Of a DNA stretch of 24,403 bases, positions 1 through 9,084 are shown piece by piece. The notes under the pieces are model-generated. The model searched no databases and had not been told where the DNA came from. It saw only the letters and a program-made list of their open reading frames with translations. How positions within the stretch are numbered: position 1 is the stretch's first letter; each line of letters starts with the position of its first letter. Source of the DNA: an uncultured Pseudomonadota bacterium (lineage in GTDB: Bacteria; SAR324; NAC60-12); assembly GCA_913020725.1 (NCBI GenBank), contig CAJWCD010000042.1, forward strand, positions 1 through 24,403, given 5' to 3'. The position numbers and the translations under genes are program-made.

Positions 1-115
1 ATTTCCTTGCGGAAGATCGGCGCCCACGACTGCTCCAGAAGTTTCCTGCGTCTCGGACCAAGATGATCCAAGGGATCAAAGATGTTGAGCGTTTTGTGTC
101 TTTTGTGTGAATCAT
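1..115 (-). pseudogene. Transposase N-terminal fragment with a -1 frameshift after codon 6 (partial, window edge)
   Basis: ATG 115 gives MIHTKD. The -1 frame from base 98 gives HKTLNIFDPLDHLGPRRRKLLEQSWAPIFRKE, matching a recalled transposase N-terminal pattern (KDHK...FDP..HLGPKRR.LL..SWA..FR.EI). That frame has no ATG back to a TAG at 152-150. Confidence 0.6.
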
Positions 116-205
116 GAACGCTTACTACAAGTTGTTGGTAGTACAGATACTATATCACTTCTCGTGTAAAACAGTCAAACGATTTACTGATTAATATTGT
201 TTTTT

Positions 206-218
206 TTCAGTTAGTTGA
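206..218 (+). promoter_or_regulatory. IHF-like binding site near the IS end
   Basis: TTTCAGTTAGTTG versus consensus WATCARNNNNTTR (one mismatch), preceded by a T/A tract, about 10 bp inside the putative inverted repeat. Confidence 0.3.
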
Positions 219-352
219 ACGAGGATTTACTTTTTGCGTGACCGTCAATAATAGACCGAGAGGGAACGATGCCCTATCATGGAGAGGATCCAATTTGACC
301 GCTTGAGTCCGGCCACACTCCCTATTGCTTTGCAAGGAAGGCAACAACGATT

Positions 353-1639
353 TTGAACGAGACCACCCAACCTAAGCCCACTCCGGAAGCCAAGCAAGAC
401 GGCGGCAAGCTCGTCTTTTTCGAGTTCATTGTGCTGGTGGCGGGGATGCAGTCGTTGACGGCACTGTCCATCGACGCCATGCTGCCCGCGTTTCCGGACA
501 TTGGACGCGATCTCAATGTGTCCCCTGCGAACGATGTGCAGTTGGTGATCATGGTGATGTTCCTGGGCATGGCGCTCGGTCAACTGCTCTATGGCCCACT
601 GGCCGACAGTCTTGGGCGTCGGCGTCCCATCATGCTTGGTTTTGTGATCTATCTGAGCGGCAGTGTGGTTTGCCTGTTTTCGGGAACCCTGACGATGCTG
701 CTGCTGGGGCGCTTTTTACAAGGCTTCGGCAGTGCCGCCTTCCGCATCGTCACAGTCGCCATCATCCGGGATCGCTTTGAAGGACCTACGATGGCGCGGG
801 TCATGTCCTTCGTGATGACAATCTTCATCCTCGTGCCGGTTGTTGCTCCGGCCATTGGACAGGGGGTTCTGTGGCTGGCCGGGTGGCGGGCAATTTTCGC
901 AATGTTTTTGGTCAATGGGCTGCTGCTGCTGCTTTGGTTTCTCATGCGTATGCACGAAACCCTGCCTCTGGAAAGGCGTGTGCCGCTTTCCTTCACACGC
1001 TCGCTGAACGCCGCACGGGAAGTCTTCCGGATTCGTGCCGCACTCGGCTACACGCTTTGCATCGGACTGATGTTTGGTCCGTTCATGGCCTACCTCAGCA
1101 CCGCGCAGCAACTCTTTGCGGACGTCTTTGACCGGGGCGAGGAACTACCCGTGTTCTTCGCCATTCTGGCCTTGTCTTTTGGAGCCGCATCTTTGACCAA
1201 CGCAAGCCTGGTGATGAAGTTTGGCATGTACTCGCTGTCCCTCTGGAGTGCGTGTACGTTCACGGGGGTCGCCCTCCTAAGCTGGGTGGCGTTGCAAACC
1301 GTGTTGCCCGAACCGCCACTGTGGGGCTTCATGGCTTGCCTGATGCTGACCTTTTTCTGCCAAGGCTTGATGTTCGGGAACCTCAACGCGATGGCCATGC
1401 AACCGTTGGGACACATTGCGGGCGTGGGGGCCACCATGGTCGGGGCGCTGTCGATGCTGGTGTCACTGCCTGCGGCCTACGTCATTGCTCAGGCATTCGA
1501 CGGCACAGTATTGCCGCTGGTGACAGGCTACGCCGTGTTCGGCGTAGCCGTGGTGGCAACCATGCTCTGGACGAAACGGGGAATCTGCCGCCGCCCTGTG
1601 ACGCAAGCCTCGGCGGGATCGTCATCCGTGGAAAGCTGA
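353..1639 (+). CDS. Bcr/CflA-family (DHA1) MFS drug:H+ efflux transporter
   Basis: 428 aa with about 12 hydrophobic segments; ALSIDAMLPAFP, motif A GPLADSLGRRR, LLGRFLQG, IRDRFEG, ETLP. TTG start with AAGGAAGG upstream. Confidence 0.9.
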   Translation: MNETTQPKPTPEAKQDGGKLVFFEFIVLVAGMQSLTALSIDAMLPAFPDIGRDLNVSPANDVQLVIMVMFLGMALGQLLYGPLADSLGRRRPIMLGFVIYLSGSVVCLFSGTLTMLLLGRFLQGFGSAAFRIVTVAIIRDRFEGPTMARVMSFVMTIFILVPVVAPAIGQGVLWLAGWRAIFAMFLVNGLLLLLWFLMRMHETLPLERRVPLSFTRSLNAAREVFRIRAALGYTLCIGLMFGPFMAYLSTAQQLFADVFDRGEELPVFFAILALSFGAASLTNASLVMKFGMYSLSLWSACTFTGVALLSWVALQTVLPEPPLWGFMACLMLTFFCQGLMFGNLNAMAMQPLGHIAGVGATMVGALSMLVSLPAAYVIAQAFDGTVLPLVTGYAVFGVAVVATMLWTKRGICRRPVTQASAGSSSVES

Positions 1640-1676
1640 ATTCCAAACGGTAGGGGGGCGGGATCACCGGAGTCGG

Positions 1677-3749
1677 TCAAGCCGACATCAGCACGTCCAG
1701 ACTGAATCCTGCCACGGAATGCTGGCCGGAAACGGATTCGCCACTTGAAAGCGTGGAAAGCACCCGCTGCCATGCTCCTGCCGGAAGCCGGAACTCGACG
1801 GGGTTGTCGTAGCAGTTGATGTGAATCCGCAAGCAAGTGGGTTGGTCGAAGGACGGTGAATCCTTGCGGACCTCTAATACCAAAGTCCGGACCATCTCTG
1901 AAAAATCCGCAGCAGCGTTTTCGGTGTTGTGCCACTCCCACTTGGAATTTCGCGCAAACAGGAATTCGGCGAAGTGCTTGCGGAACGCGATCACTTTTTG
2001 CGTGAACCCCAGCAGGTCACAGTTTTGCTCCACGAGTTGCCAATCCACCCAAGTGAGTTCGGAGTCGTGGCAGTAGGCGTTGTTGTTGCCGTGCTGAGTG
2101 CGTCCAAACTCATCTCCGGCCACCAACATGGGAGTACCTTGGGCGAGGTGCAAAAGCGCGTGGAAGAGTCGTAGCTTCCGCTGGCGTAACTCCAGCACCA
2201 CCGTATCCTCGGTGGCTCCTTCGATTCCACAGTTCCTCGAAAAATCCGGAGTGTGTCCGTCGCGGTTGTCTTCGCCGTTGGCGTGGTTGTGTTTTTCGGA
2301 ATACGCCACCAGATCGTGCAACGTGAGGCCGTCATGCGCACTGAGAAAATTGACACTCAAGCACCGCCGCTGTGTTGATCTGCCGAACACCTCCGGACTT
2401 CCGGAAAGGGCGTCGGCAAGTCCGGCCATCTGCCCCTTGTCGCCCCGCACCGCTCGCCGGATGGTGTCCCGGAAGCGATCGTTCCATTCGGCCCACTCCG
2501 CTTGGGACGCTTGCCCAAGTTGATAACCGCCTCCGGCATCCCACGGTTCTGCGATCAGCTTGATGCCCACGAGTGCGGGATCATCCTGCAGTTTCCGGAA
2601 GAAATCCGGCGTGTCGCGCAGGTTTCCAGCAGAGTCTCGGTTGAGGATCGGGGCGAGGTCGAAGCGAAAACCGTCCACACCCATCACCTTCGCCCAATAC
2701 TCCAAGCTTTCCCGCAACAAGCGCCACACGAGCGCATGGTCACAGCGCAAGGTGTTTCCGCATCCGGAGTGATTGACGAGTTTTCCGCCGGCATCGTGCA
2801 GGTACCAGCTTTCCGGATCGAGCGCCTTGAAGTGATCGCTTGGCCCCTCCTCGTCCAGTTCCGCCGTGTGGTTGAACACGACGTCCAGCCAGACTTCCAA
2901 CCCTGCTTCGTGGACGGCATCAACCATTTCCTGAAACTCGGCAGTCGCATTGCGGGGATCGGCGGCGTAGGACGTTTTGGGGGCGAAAAACAGCAGCGGT
3001 GAATACCCCCAATAGTTGACGAGCGGCTGGTCAGTTTCCGGATGCTTCTGGGGATTCTCGCACTCGTCAAACTCAAAAACGGGCAGCAGTTCAATGACCG
3101 TCACGCCCAGCTTCCGGAGTTGGGGCAGCACTGAAATCAAACCTCGGTAGGTGCCACGCTCGGCGGGCAAAACCGGGGAACTCGCATGGCGGGTCAGCCC
3201 CCGGAGGTGAGTTTCGTAGACGATGCTTTGCTCCAGCGGGAGCTTGGGCTTGGCCGGACGATGACGGGATTCCGGCTCTGGACGGACTGTAGCCAACCGT
3301 CGCATGCCCTCAAAGCGAAACCCGTGTGGGCGCACCCGGATTTGCAGGTCGCCGTTGGCCGTTTGCACAAACGCAAGCGGCTGCTCCCAGCGTTCGCCGC
3401 CCCAGCATTCCCGTGCCCACGGATCGAGGATTCGATGACGGGAGCCGTCCGCGTGTTCGATTTCGATGAGGTAGGTCAGCCGTTCCGGAAGCGGCGCACC
3501 GTCCGGCCATTCGGTTTCCCACGCCCAGCAAGCGTCAGAGCGGTGCTGTTCCGGATGGAGTTCTACAGTCACCAAGCACGGCTGGCAGGTTCCCGGCTCC
3601 GGAAGCGGGTTGCCATCGTAGAAGTGGTAGGAAACGCGCTTCGCAAGTCGGGCGGCGAGTGCGAATTGTAAACGACGACCGACCCAGCGCGAACCGAATC
3701 GGGCGTCAGGGCATGACAGGGGTTGGAGGATGAGCGGGGTTCCGCTCAT
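1677..3749 (-). CDS. glgX: Glycogen debranching enzyme / isoamylase (GH13, GlgX type)
   Basis: 690 aa; YETHLRG, NYWGY, DVVFNH, SGCGN, catalytic DGFRFDLA / IAEPWD / SAHDGLTL, YSEKHNHANGEDNRDG, GDEFGRTQHGNNNAYCHD. Confidence 0.92.
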   Translation of the reverse strand: MSGTPLILQPLSCPDARFGSRWVGRRLQFALAARLAKRVSYHFYDGNPLPEPGTCQPCLVTVELHPEQHRSDACWAWETEWPDGAPLPERLTYLIEIEHADGSRHRILDPWARECWGGERWEQPLAFVQTANGDLQIRVRPHGFRFEGMRRLATVRPEPESRHRPAKPKLPLEQSIVYETHLRGLTRHASSPVLPAERGTYRGLISVLPQLRKLGVTVIELLPVFEFDECENPQKHPETDQPLVNYWGYSPLLFFAPKTSYAADPRNATAEFQEMVDAVHEAGLEVWLDVVFNHTAELDEEGPSDHFKALDPESWYLHDAGGKLVNHSGCGNTLRCDHALVWRLLRESLEYWAKVMGVDGFRFDLAPILNRDSAGNLRDTPDFFRKLQDDPALVGIKLIAEPWDAGGGYQLGQASQAEWAEWNDRFRDTIRRAVRGDKGQMAGLADALSGSPEVFGRSTQRRCLSVNFLSAHDGLTLHDLVAYSEKHNHANGEDNRDGHTPDFSRNCGIEGATEDTVVLELRQRKLRLFHALLHLAQGTPMLVAGDEFGRTQHGNNNAYCHDSELTWVDWQLVEQNCDLLGFTQKVIAFRKHFAEFLFARNSKWEWHNTENAAADFSEMVRTLVLEVRKDSPSFDQPTCLRIHINCYDNPVEFRLPAGAWQRVLSTLSSGESVSGQHSVAGFSLDVLMSA

Positions 3750-3785
3750 GTGAATTCGACGAGGGAAACGTGACGTTCCCCCATT

Positions 3786-4421
3786 TCAGTGGCGGGCCTG
3801 ACGGCGGTTGAACTGCTGCATGGTCGTAGAGGCTTCCTCCTTGACGGGTTTGGCCTTGGGCAGCACAGACTGGATCAGCGCAATCCAAGAGTCCAAGCTG
3901 GCCTCCGTGACCCTTGTGCCGTGGCGATAGGCGTGGTGCGGATGGGATTCCTTGTAGCGGTTCTTGAGTTGTTCCAGCGTCTTGAGGTTTTGCTGATCGA
4001 AGATGGAAAAACGCTGAATCAGGTCGGCGGTTGCAAAGCGGCTGGGATTGTGAAGTAGCTTGATGACGTCCGGCTCAATGTCCTGCCCAGCAGCTTCGTA
4101 TTGCCCAAAAATCATCTGGCGGATGCAGATGCTGGTGATGTTGTCCTGATCCTGATGCCGAGTCCACAGCACCTCCAGCAGCACCTCTCCGGACTTGCTG
4201 CCGTCTGGATTCACCTCCAGCCGGACCTGACAGCCGGGTTTGAACTCCTGCTCCGTGTAGAGTCCGGCTCCGGAGGTGGTTGTGTCTTGCAGGGCACCGT
4301 CGCCCTTGTACTCCATTGGACTCAGGGAACCATCGGCATCGAGGGTGAGCCACTCGATCAGTTGAGCGGAGATGCCCTCGAAGCGGTCAGAAGAAGTGGA
4401 GTCTTTGATGAAGTGAAACAT
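3786..4421 (-). CDS. Hypothetical protein with a degenerate PilZ-like N-terminal beta-barrel (211 aa)
   Basis: Start placed at ATG 4421 (GGAG upstream; the ORF track start is 4508). The segment GALQDTTTSGAGLYTEQEFKPGCQVRLEV...LEVLWTR resembles the PilZ DxSxxG barrel. No RxxxR motif. Confidence 0.55.
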   Translation of the reverse strand: MFHFIKDSTSSDRFEGISAQLIEWLTLDADGSLSPMEYKGDGALQDTTTSGAGLYTEQEFKPGCQVRLEVNPDGSKSGEVLLEVLWTRHQDQDNITSICIRQMIFGQYEAAGQDIEPDVIKLLHNPSRFATADLIQRFSIFDQQNLKTLEQLKNRYKESHPHHAYRHGTRVTEASLDSWIALIQSVLPKAKPVKEEASTTMQQFNRRQARH

Positions 4422-4525
4422 GGTGGCGGTGGTACTCCAGGTTGACGAAACCAAGCGTTTGATCTGGCAAGACCATCCAAGCATCCCATAATCGTCTTCA
4501 TCCCGCAAGGATTATGTGCCGAGGC

Positions 4526-4552
4526 TAAAGTTTTCGCTCCAATTGCCGATGA
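4526..4552 (+). promoter_or_regulatory. Sigma-28 (FliA) promoter of the flagellin gene
   Basis: TAAAGTTT (4526-4533), 11-nt spacer, GCCGATGA (4545-4552): one mismatch to TAAAGTTT-N11-GCCGATAA, 35 nt before ATG 4588. Confidence 0.88.
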
Positions 4553-4587
4553 CAGGGATGACAGGAGTTTCACCTCGGCAGAAGGCC

Positions 4588-6192
4588 ATGAAAATTCTCA
4601 AAAACGCCCTTGCGCTCAGTACCCTCCGGGAGACAAACAACGCGCACAAAGGGGTGATCGACAGCATCAAAAAACTCAGTTCCGGGCAGCGCGTCAACAC
4701 ACCCGTGCAAGCTCCGGCGGCACTGATTGCGGCCAATCAACTCAATGCGCATCAGGTGGGCACCCGGCAGGCCTTCCAGAACACGGAGGAGTCGGTCACG
4801 TTGATCCAGACCGCAGAGGGCGGGCTGTCCAAGATCAACGACATCCTCACCAAGATGAAGCAGATCGCGCTGCATGCAGCCAACGGTGCTGTCAACGATT
4901 CCATGATGCGTGAAGCCGATCAGATGGAAATCGAGTACCTCTTGGAATCGGTGGACCGCATCACACAAAACACGCAGTTCAACAAGAAGCGCCTGCTCGA
5001 CGGCTCGATGGGGACCAATGGCACGGTCGTCGGAGATCACCTTCGTTTTGTCGGTGCCACTCCAGAGTCCCCCTCGACCCCGCTGGAAGGCTTTCCCATC
5101 GACATCACCCAGATCGCCACCCGGGCCTACAAGGCGGGCACAGTGCCTGTGACTGTGGATAGCTTTGGCGAGGGCTTTCAGATCACGCTGCTCGAAAGCG
5201 GCAAGATGGTCACGATGGACTTCCGCAAGGGCAAGCTCGACGAGCAGATTCAGCACCTGATCAGCAAGCATAAGGAGGTTCCGGAACGCTTCCCGGAGGC
5301 AGACACCTCCCGGCAAATCCGGAAAATCATCGAACATGCCCTGCGCGAGGAGGCAGAAAACCAGCAGCTAAATTTGGAAATCCTCTTTGACGAGCAGGGA
5401 GTCCTCAACATCCAGCACAAGAAATACGGCGACCACGCCAGCTTCTCGGTGGCCTGCACCACTCCGGGCATCATCACCGCTCAGGCCCTTGCCTCGGAAC
5501 CGAGCGAACCGGGACAGGACGTGCAGGGCCGCATTGCCGGAGACATGACCAACGGACACGGGCAGTACCTCACCGCGCCTTTAGGAACCACGGCCCAAGG
5601 AGCCTCCATTCGCTACACGCTCCCGGACGAGTTGGCCACCGTCCCGGTCCTCAACGAGGCTGGGCTGGTGGTGGGGCACCGCCGCATCAAGACCAATCCA
5701 GAGCAAATCATCGGCTCGAACAAGAACCCGATCATTGAGGGCTACCTGCACCTCACGCAGCAGTCTCCGACCTTCCAGATTGGCTATGAAGCCTCTGAAC
5801 AGAACGCGGTCGTCTCGCTTCCGGACGTGAAAGTCTTCAAACTCGGACGGGATCTTGACAATCAGAGCAACTTCGAGAGCCTTGGGGACATTGATGTCTC
5901 AACGGTGCAGGGCGCGTTCGATGCGTCCAAGCTCATCAACAAGGCAACCGACGAACTCTCGATCATGCGCGGAGAACTGGGTTCCTTCCAGCGCAACCGC
6001 ATCGAGCGCACTTTGGACTTGCTCTCCAAGAAGAACGAGAACCTGGCGGCGGCGCAATCCACAATTCAAGACACGGATGTCGCCGTAGAGATTTCCAACC
6101 TTGCCCGCGAGCAACTCCGGCTCAACGCCTCTCAGTCCATGCTTGCCCAAGCCAATCAGGAATCCGGAAAAGTCCTCAGCCTCTTGCGTTGA
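4588..6192 (+). CDS. fliC: Flagellin (divergent, large central domain; 534 aa)
   Basis: N-terminal KLSSGQRVN...LIQTAEGGL..I...L.KM..IA.HAANG and TQFNKKRLLDGS; C-terminal RGELGSFQ...ENLAAAQSTIQDTDVAVE...MLAQANQ...VLSLLR. Start moved to ATG 4588 because the sigma-28 promoter overlaps the longer ORF and flagellin homology begins at MKI. Confidence 0.9.
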   Translation: MKILKNALALSTLRETNNAHKGVIDSIKKLSSGQRVNTPVQAPAALIAANQLNAHQVGTRQAFQNTEESVTLIQTAEGGLSKINDILTKMKQIALHAANGAVNDSMMREADQMEIEYLLESVDRITQNTQFNKKRLLDGSMGTNGTVVGDHLRFVGATPESPSTPLEGFPIDITQIATRAYKAGTVPVTVDSFGEGFQITLLESGKMVTMDFRKGKLDEQIQHLISKHKEVPERFPEADTSRQIRKIIEHALREEAENQQLNLEILFDEQGVLNIQHKKYGDHASFSVACTTPGIITAQALASEPSEPGQDVQGRIAGDMTNGHGQYLTAPLGTTAQGASIRYTLPDELATVPVLNEAGLVVGHRRIKTNPEQIIGSNKNPIIEGYLHLTQQSPTFQIGYEASEQNAVVSLPDVKVFKLGRDLDNQSNFESLGDIDVSTVQGAFDASKLINKATDELSIMRGELGSFQRNRIERTLDLLSKKNENLAAAQSTIQDTDVAVEISNLAREQLRLNASQSMLAQANQESGKVLSLLR

Positions 6193-6260
6193 GGGGACTT
6201 CCCTTTTCTGACAATCCCCGCTAAAATTCTTGGGAAGTGAACCGAACTTCCCAAACCTTT

Positions 6261-7601
6261 ATGGACACCCTCGCAGAGTGGATTGGCCAGCATCGCATCA
6301 GCGAGGTCGAATGCCTCACCCCGGACCTCACCGGCATCGCACGCGGCAAGATCATGCCCGCGAGCAAATTTCTCAAAAACGAAGGGCTGCGGCTTCCGGA
6401 ATCCGTTTTTCTGCAAACTGTCACCGGCGAGTGGCTGCCGTTTGAAGACCTCTTCCGGGTCGATCCCGCAGAAATTGACATGCAACTCCGTCCGGATCCG
6501 GAGACGATCTGCCTTGTGCCGTGGGTGGAGGAACCAACCGCACAGGTGATCCACGACTGCTTCCACCACGACGGCATGCCCGTGGAGCTTTCTCCGCGCA
6601 ACGTGCTACGCCGCGTCCTCAAACTTTACGAAGAAGACGGGCTGCGCCCCGTGGTGGCTCCGGAACTGGAGTTCTACCTCACCAAGATCAACAAGGACCC
6701 CGACTACCCGCTGACCCCGCCGGTGGGACGCTCCGGGCGCCAGGAAGTGACCGGGCAGTTTTACGGCATTGATGCCCTCAACGAGTTCGACCCGCTCTTT
6801 GAGGAAATGTACGAATACTGCGAGGCGCAGGAACTCGACATTGATGCTCTCACCCACGAGGCAGGCAGTGCCCAGATGGAGATCAACTTCATCCACGGCG
6901 ATCCCATGCGCCGCGCCGATCATGTGTACCTCTACAAGCGCACGATGCGCGAGACCGCCTTCCGGCACAAGGTCTATGCGACTTTCATGGCCAAGCCGAT
7001 GTCGGACCAGCCCGGCAGCGCGATGCACGTCCATCAATCGGTCATTGACGTAAAGACCGGACGCAACCTCTTTGCGCAGGAGGACGGTGCGAATTCGCAG
7101 GAGTTCCTCGCCTACATCGCCGGACTCCAGAAATACCTGCCCTCGGCAATGCCGCTGCTGGGGCCGAACATCAACTCTTATCGTCGGCTCCACCCGGACA
7201 ACTCTGCGCCCATCAACGTGCAGTGGGGCGTGGACAATCGCACTGTCGGACTGCGCGTTCCTGTCAGCGGGGCCGAGAATCGCCGCGTGGAAAACCGCCT
7301 CGCCGGAGCCGACGCTAATCCTTACCTCGCGCTTGCCACCACCCTCGGTTGCGGATTGCTGGGCATCCGCGAAAAACTTATTCCCACCGAGGCGGTCAAG
7401 GGGAGTGCCTACGATTTTGACTACGAACTGCCCCGCAATCTTGAAGAAGCGCTGCGGGCGATGGAGGATTGCGAGAAGTTGGAAGAGCTTTTCGGAGAGA
7501 AATTTGTGAAAGTCTATGTTGCACTCAAGCGTAGCGAGTTTGAAGCGTTTTTTCAGGTCATCAGCACTTGGGAGCGCGAGTACTTGCTGCTCAACGTTTA
7601 A
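6261..7601 (+). CDS. spuB: Glutamine-synthetase-family gamma-glutamylpolyamine synthetase (SpuB/PauA/PuuA type)
   Basis: EVECLTPDLTGIARGK, LRLPESVFLQTVTG, SPRNVLRRV, APELEFY, QMEINF, TFMAKP...GSAMHVHQS, RRVENRLAGADANPY, WEREYLLLNV; directly upstream of an spuC-type aminotransferase. Start is ATG 6261 or GTG 6237. Confidence 0.88.
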   Translation: MDTLAEWIGQHRISEVECLTPDLTGIARGKIMPASKFLKNEGLRLPESVFLQTVTGEWLPFEDLFRVDPAEIDMQLRPDPETICLVPWVEEPTAQVIHDCFHHDGMPVELSPRNVLRRVLKLYEEDGLRPVVAPELEFYLTKINKDPDYPLTPPVGRSGRQEVTGQFYGIDALNEFDPLFEEMYEYCEAQELDIDALTHEAGSAQMEINFIHGDPMRRADHVYLYKRTMRETAFRHKVYATFMAKPMSDQPGSAMHVHQSVIDVKTGRNLFAQEDGANSQEFLAYIAGLQKYLPSAMPLLGPNINSYRRLHPDNSAPINVQWGVDNRTVGLRVPVSGAENRRVENRLAGADANPYLALATTLGCGLLGIREKLIPTEAVKGSAYDFDYELPRNLEEALRAMEDCEKLEELFGEKFVKVYVALKRSEFEAFFQVISTWEREYLLLNV

Positions 7602-7628
7602 CGTCAACCTCTTACACCAAATCATTCC

Positions 7629-8996
7629 ATGTTGCCCGAACGCTCCACTGCCGAATGGCAGTCGTTGGACACCCACCACCTCCATCCCTTCACCGATTCC
7701 AAAGCCCTCGCCAACAAGGGTTCCCGCGTGATCACCAGCGCGGAAGGCGTGTACCTCTGGGATTCGGAGGGCAACCGCCTGCTCGACGGCATGGCCGGAT
7801 TGTGGTGCGTGAACGTCGGCTACGGACGCAAGGAACTGGCGCAGGCGGCCTATGATCAAATGCAGGTGCTGCCCTACTACAACACCTTCTTTCAAAGCTC
7901 TCACCCGCCGGTGATTGAACTGACGCAAAAGCTGATTGAAGTCACACCTCCGCAGTTCAACCATGTCTTCTTCGTCAACTCCGGTTCAGAAGCCAACGAC
8001 ACGGTGCTGCGCATGGTGCGGCGTTTTTGGTCGCTTCAGGGACAGCCGGAAAAGCGCGTCGTCATCAGTCGCCACAACGCCTATCACGGCAGCACGGTTG
8101 CCAGTGCGAGCCTCGGTGGGCAGCAGTTCATCCATAAGATGGACCAGCTTCCGATTCCTGACATCGTCCACATCGAACAACCCCACTGGTTCGAGAATGG
8201 TGGCGACCTTGCTCCGGAAGAGTACGGCCTCAAGGCGGCACGAGCCTTGGAAGAGAAGATTCAGGAACTCGGCGTGGAGCGCGTTGCGGCGTTCATTGGT
8301 GAACCGATCCAAGGCGCAGGCGGAGTGATCGTGCCTCCGGACAGCTACTGGCCGGAAATCCAGCGCATCTGCGACGAGTCCGGTATCCTGTTGATTTCCG
8401 ATGAGGTGATCACCGGATTCGGGCGCACGGGAGAGTGGTTTGGAGCCGAGTGTTTTGGCATCACCCCCGATCTCATGCCCATTGCCAAGGGGCTGTCCTC
8501 CGGATACCTGCCCATCGGTGGGGTGTTGGTGGGCGACCGCGTCGCCGAGGTGCTGATCGAACAGGGCGGGGAATTCGCGCACGGCTTCACCTACTCCGGA
8601 CACCCGGCGGCGTGCATGGTCGCCCTGTGTAATGTGGAAATCCTCCAGCGCGAAAAGATCGTGGATCATGTCCACGATGAAGTTGGTCCTTATTTCCAGA
8701 AATGCTGGCAGGAGTTCCGGGAGCACCCGCTCGTTGGCGAGGTGCGCAATGTCGGATTGCTCGGAGCCATCGAACTTGTGCAGGACAAGGCCGCCCGGAG
8801 TTGCTTTCCCGAACGCGGCAAGACCGGCACCCGCGCCCGCGAGTTGTGCGTCGAGAACGGACTCGTCATGCGGGCCGTGCAGGACACCCTTGTGGCCGCC
8901 CCGCCGCTTGTCATCTCCAAAGCCGAGATTGACGAGATGCAGGACAAAGTCCGGCAAACCCTCGATCAACTCGCTGAAGAGCTTGGGGTGAGTTGA
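7629..8996 (+). CDS. spuC: Class III PLP aminotransferase, putrescine:pyruvate (SpuC) type
   Basis: HHLHPFTD, LDGMAGLWCVNVGYGR, LPYYNTFF, SGSEANDT, AYHGST, EPIQGAGG, DEVITGFGRTG, PLP-lysine AKGLSSGY, HGFTYSGHP. Confidence 0.9.
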   Translation: MLPERSTAEWQSLDTHHLHPFTDSKALANKGSRVITSAEGVYLWDSEGNRLLDGMAGLWCVNVGYGRKELAQAAYDQMQVLPYYNTFFQSSHPPVIELTQKLIEVTPPQFNHVFFVNSGSEANDTVLRMVRRFWSLQGQPEKRVVISRHNAYHGSTVASASLGGQQFIHKMDQLPIPDIVHIEQPHWFENGGDLAPEEYGLKAARALEEKIQELGVERVAAFIGEPIQGAGGVIVPPDSYWPEIQRICDESGILLISDEVITGFGRTGEWFGAECFGITPDLMPIAKGLSSGYLPIGGVLVGDRVAEVLIEQGGEFAHGFTYSGHPAACMVALCNVEILQREKIVDHVHDEVGPYFQKCWQEFREHPLVGEVRNVGLLGAIELVQDKAARSCFPERGKTGTRARELCVENGLVMRAVQDTLVAAPPLVISKAEIDEMQDKVRQTLDQLAEELGVS

Positions 8997-9084
8997 AGGG
9001 GGCAGAGGCTTTAGCTTGATTTTCTGAACAAGCGGTTCATAATTCATTCGGTTTGATTGCACAATCCCTTTCCGGAGACTCGAA

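Larger units (their letters stand above)
1..246 (-). mobile_element. Left end of an insertion sequence (DDE type, IS5/IS1182-like; family not determined), running off the window start
   Basis: The minus strand at 246-229 reads GACGGTCACGCAAAAAGT, resembling terminal inverted repeats I recall from deltaproteobacterial IS/MITEs. An AT-rich leader (120-230) with an IHF-like box follows, then a transposase-like N-terminus from ATG 115. Confidence 0.65.

Noticed and set aside
1..66. Plus-strand frame ISLRKIGAHD resembling a RelE/YafQ toxin C-terminus
   Set aside because: The opposite strand gives a longer transposase-like match, supported by the inverted repeat.
4419..4427. GCCACCATG Kozak-like context at the start of the hypothetical gene
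   Set aside because: The context is clearly bacterial; chance match.
4516..4587. ORF-track N-terminal extension of the flagellin
   Set aside because: It overlaps the sigma-28 promoter, and homology starts at ATG 4588. Similar over-extended starts were trimmed for oppA, oppC, oppF, the racemase and the BNR gene.
6191..6207. Possible terminator after the flagellin
   Set aside because: The stem is only about 4-5 bp, too weak to call.
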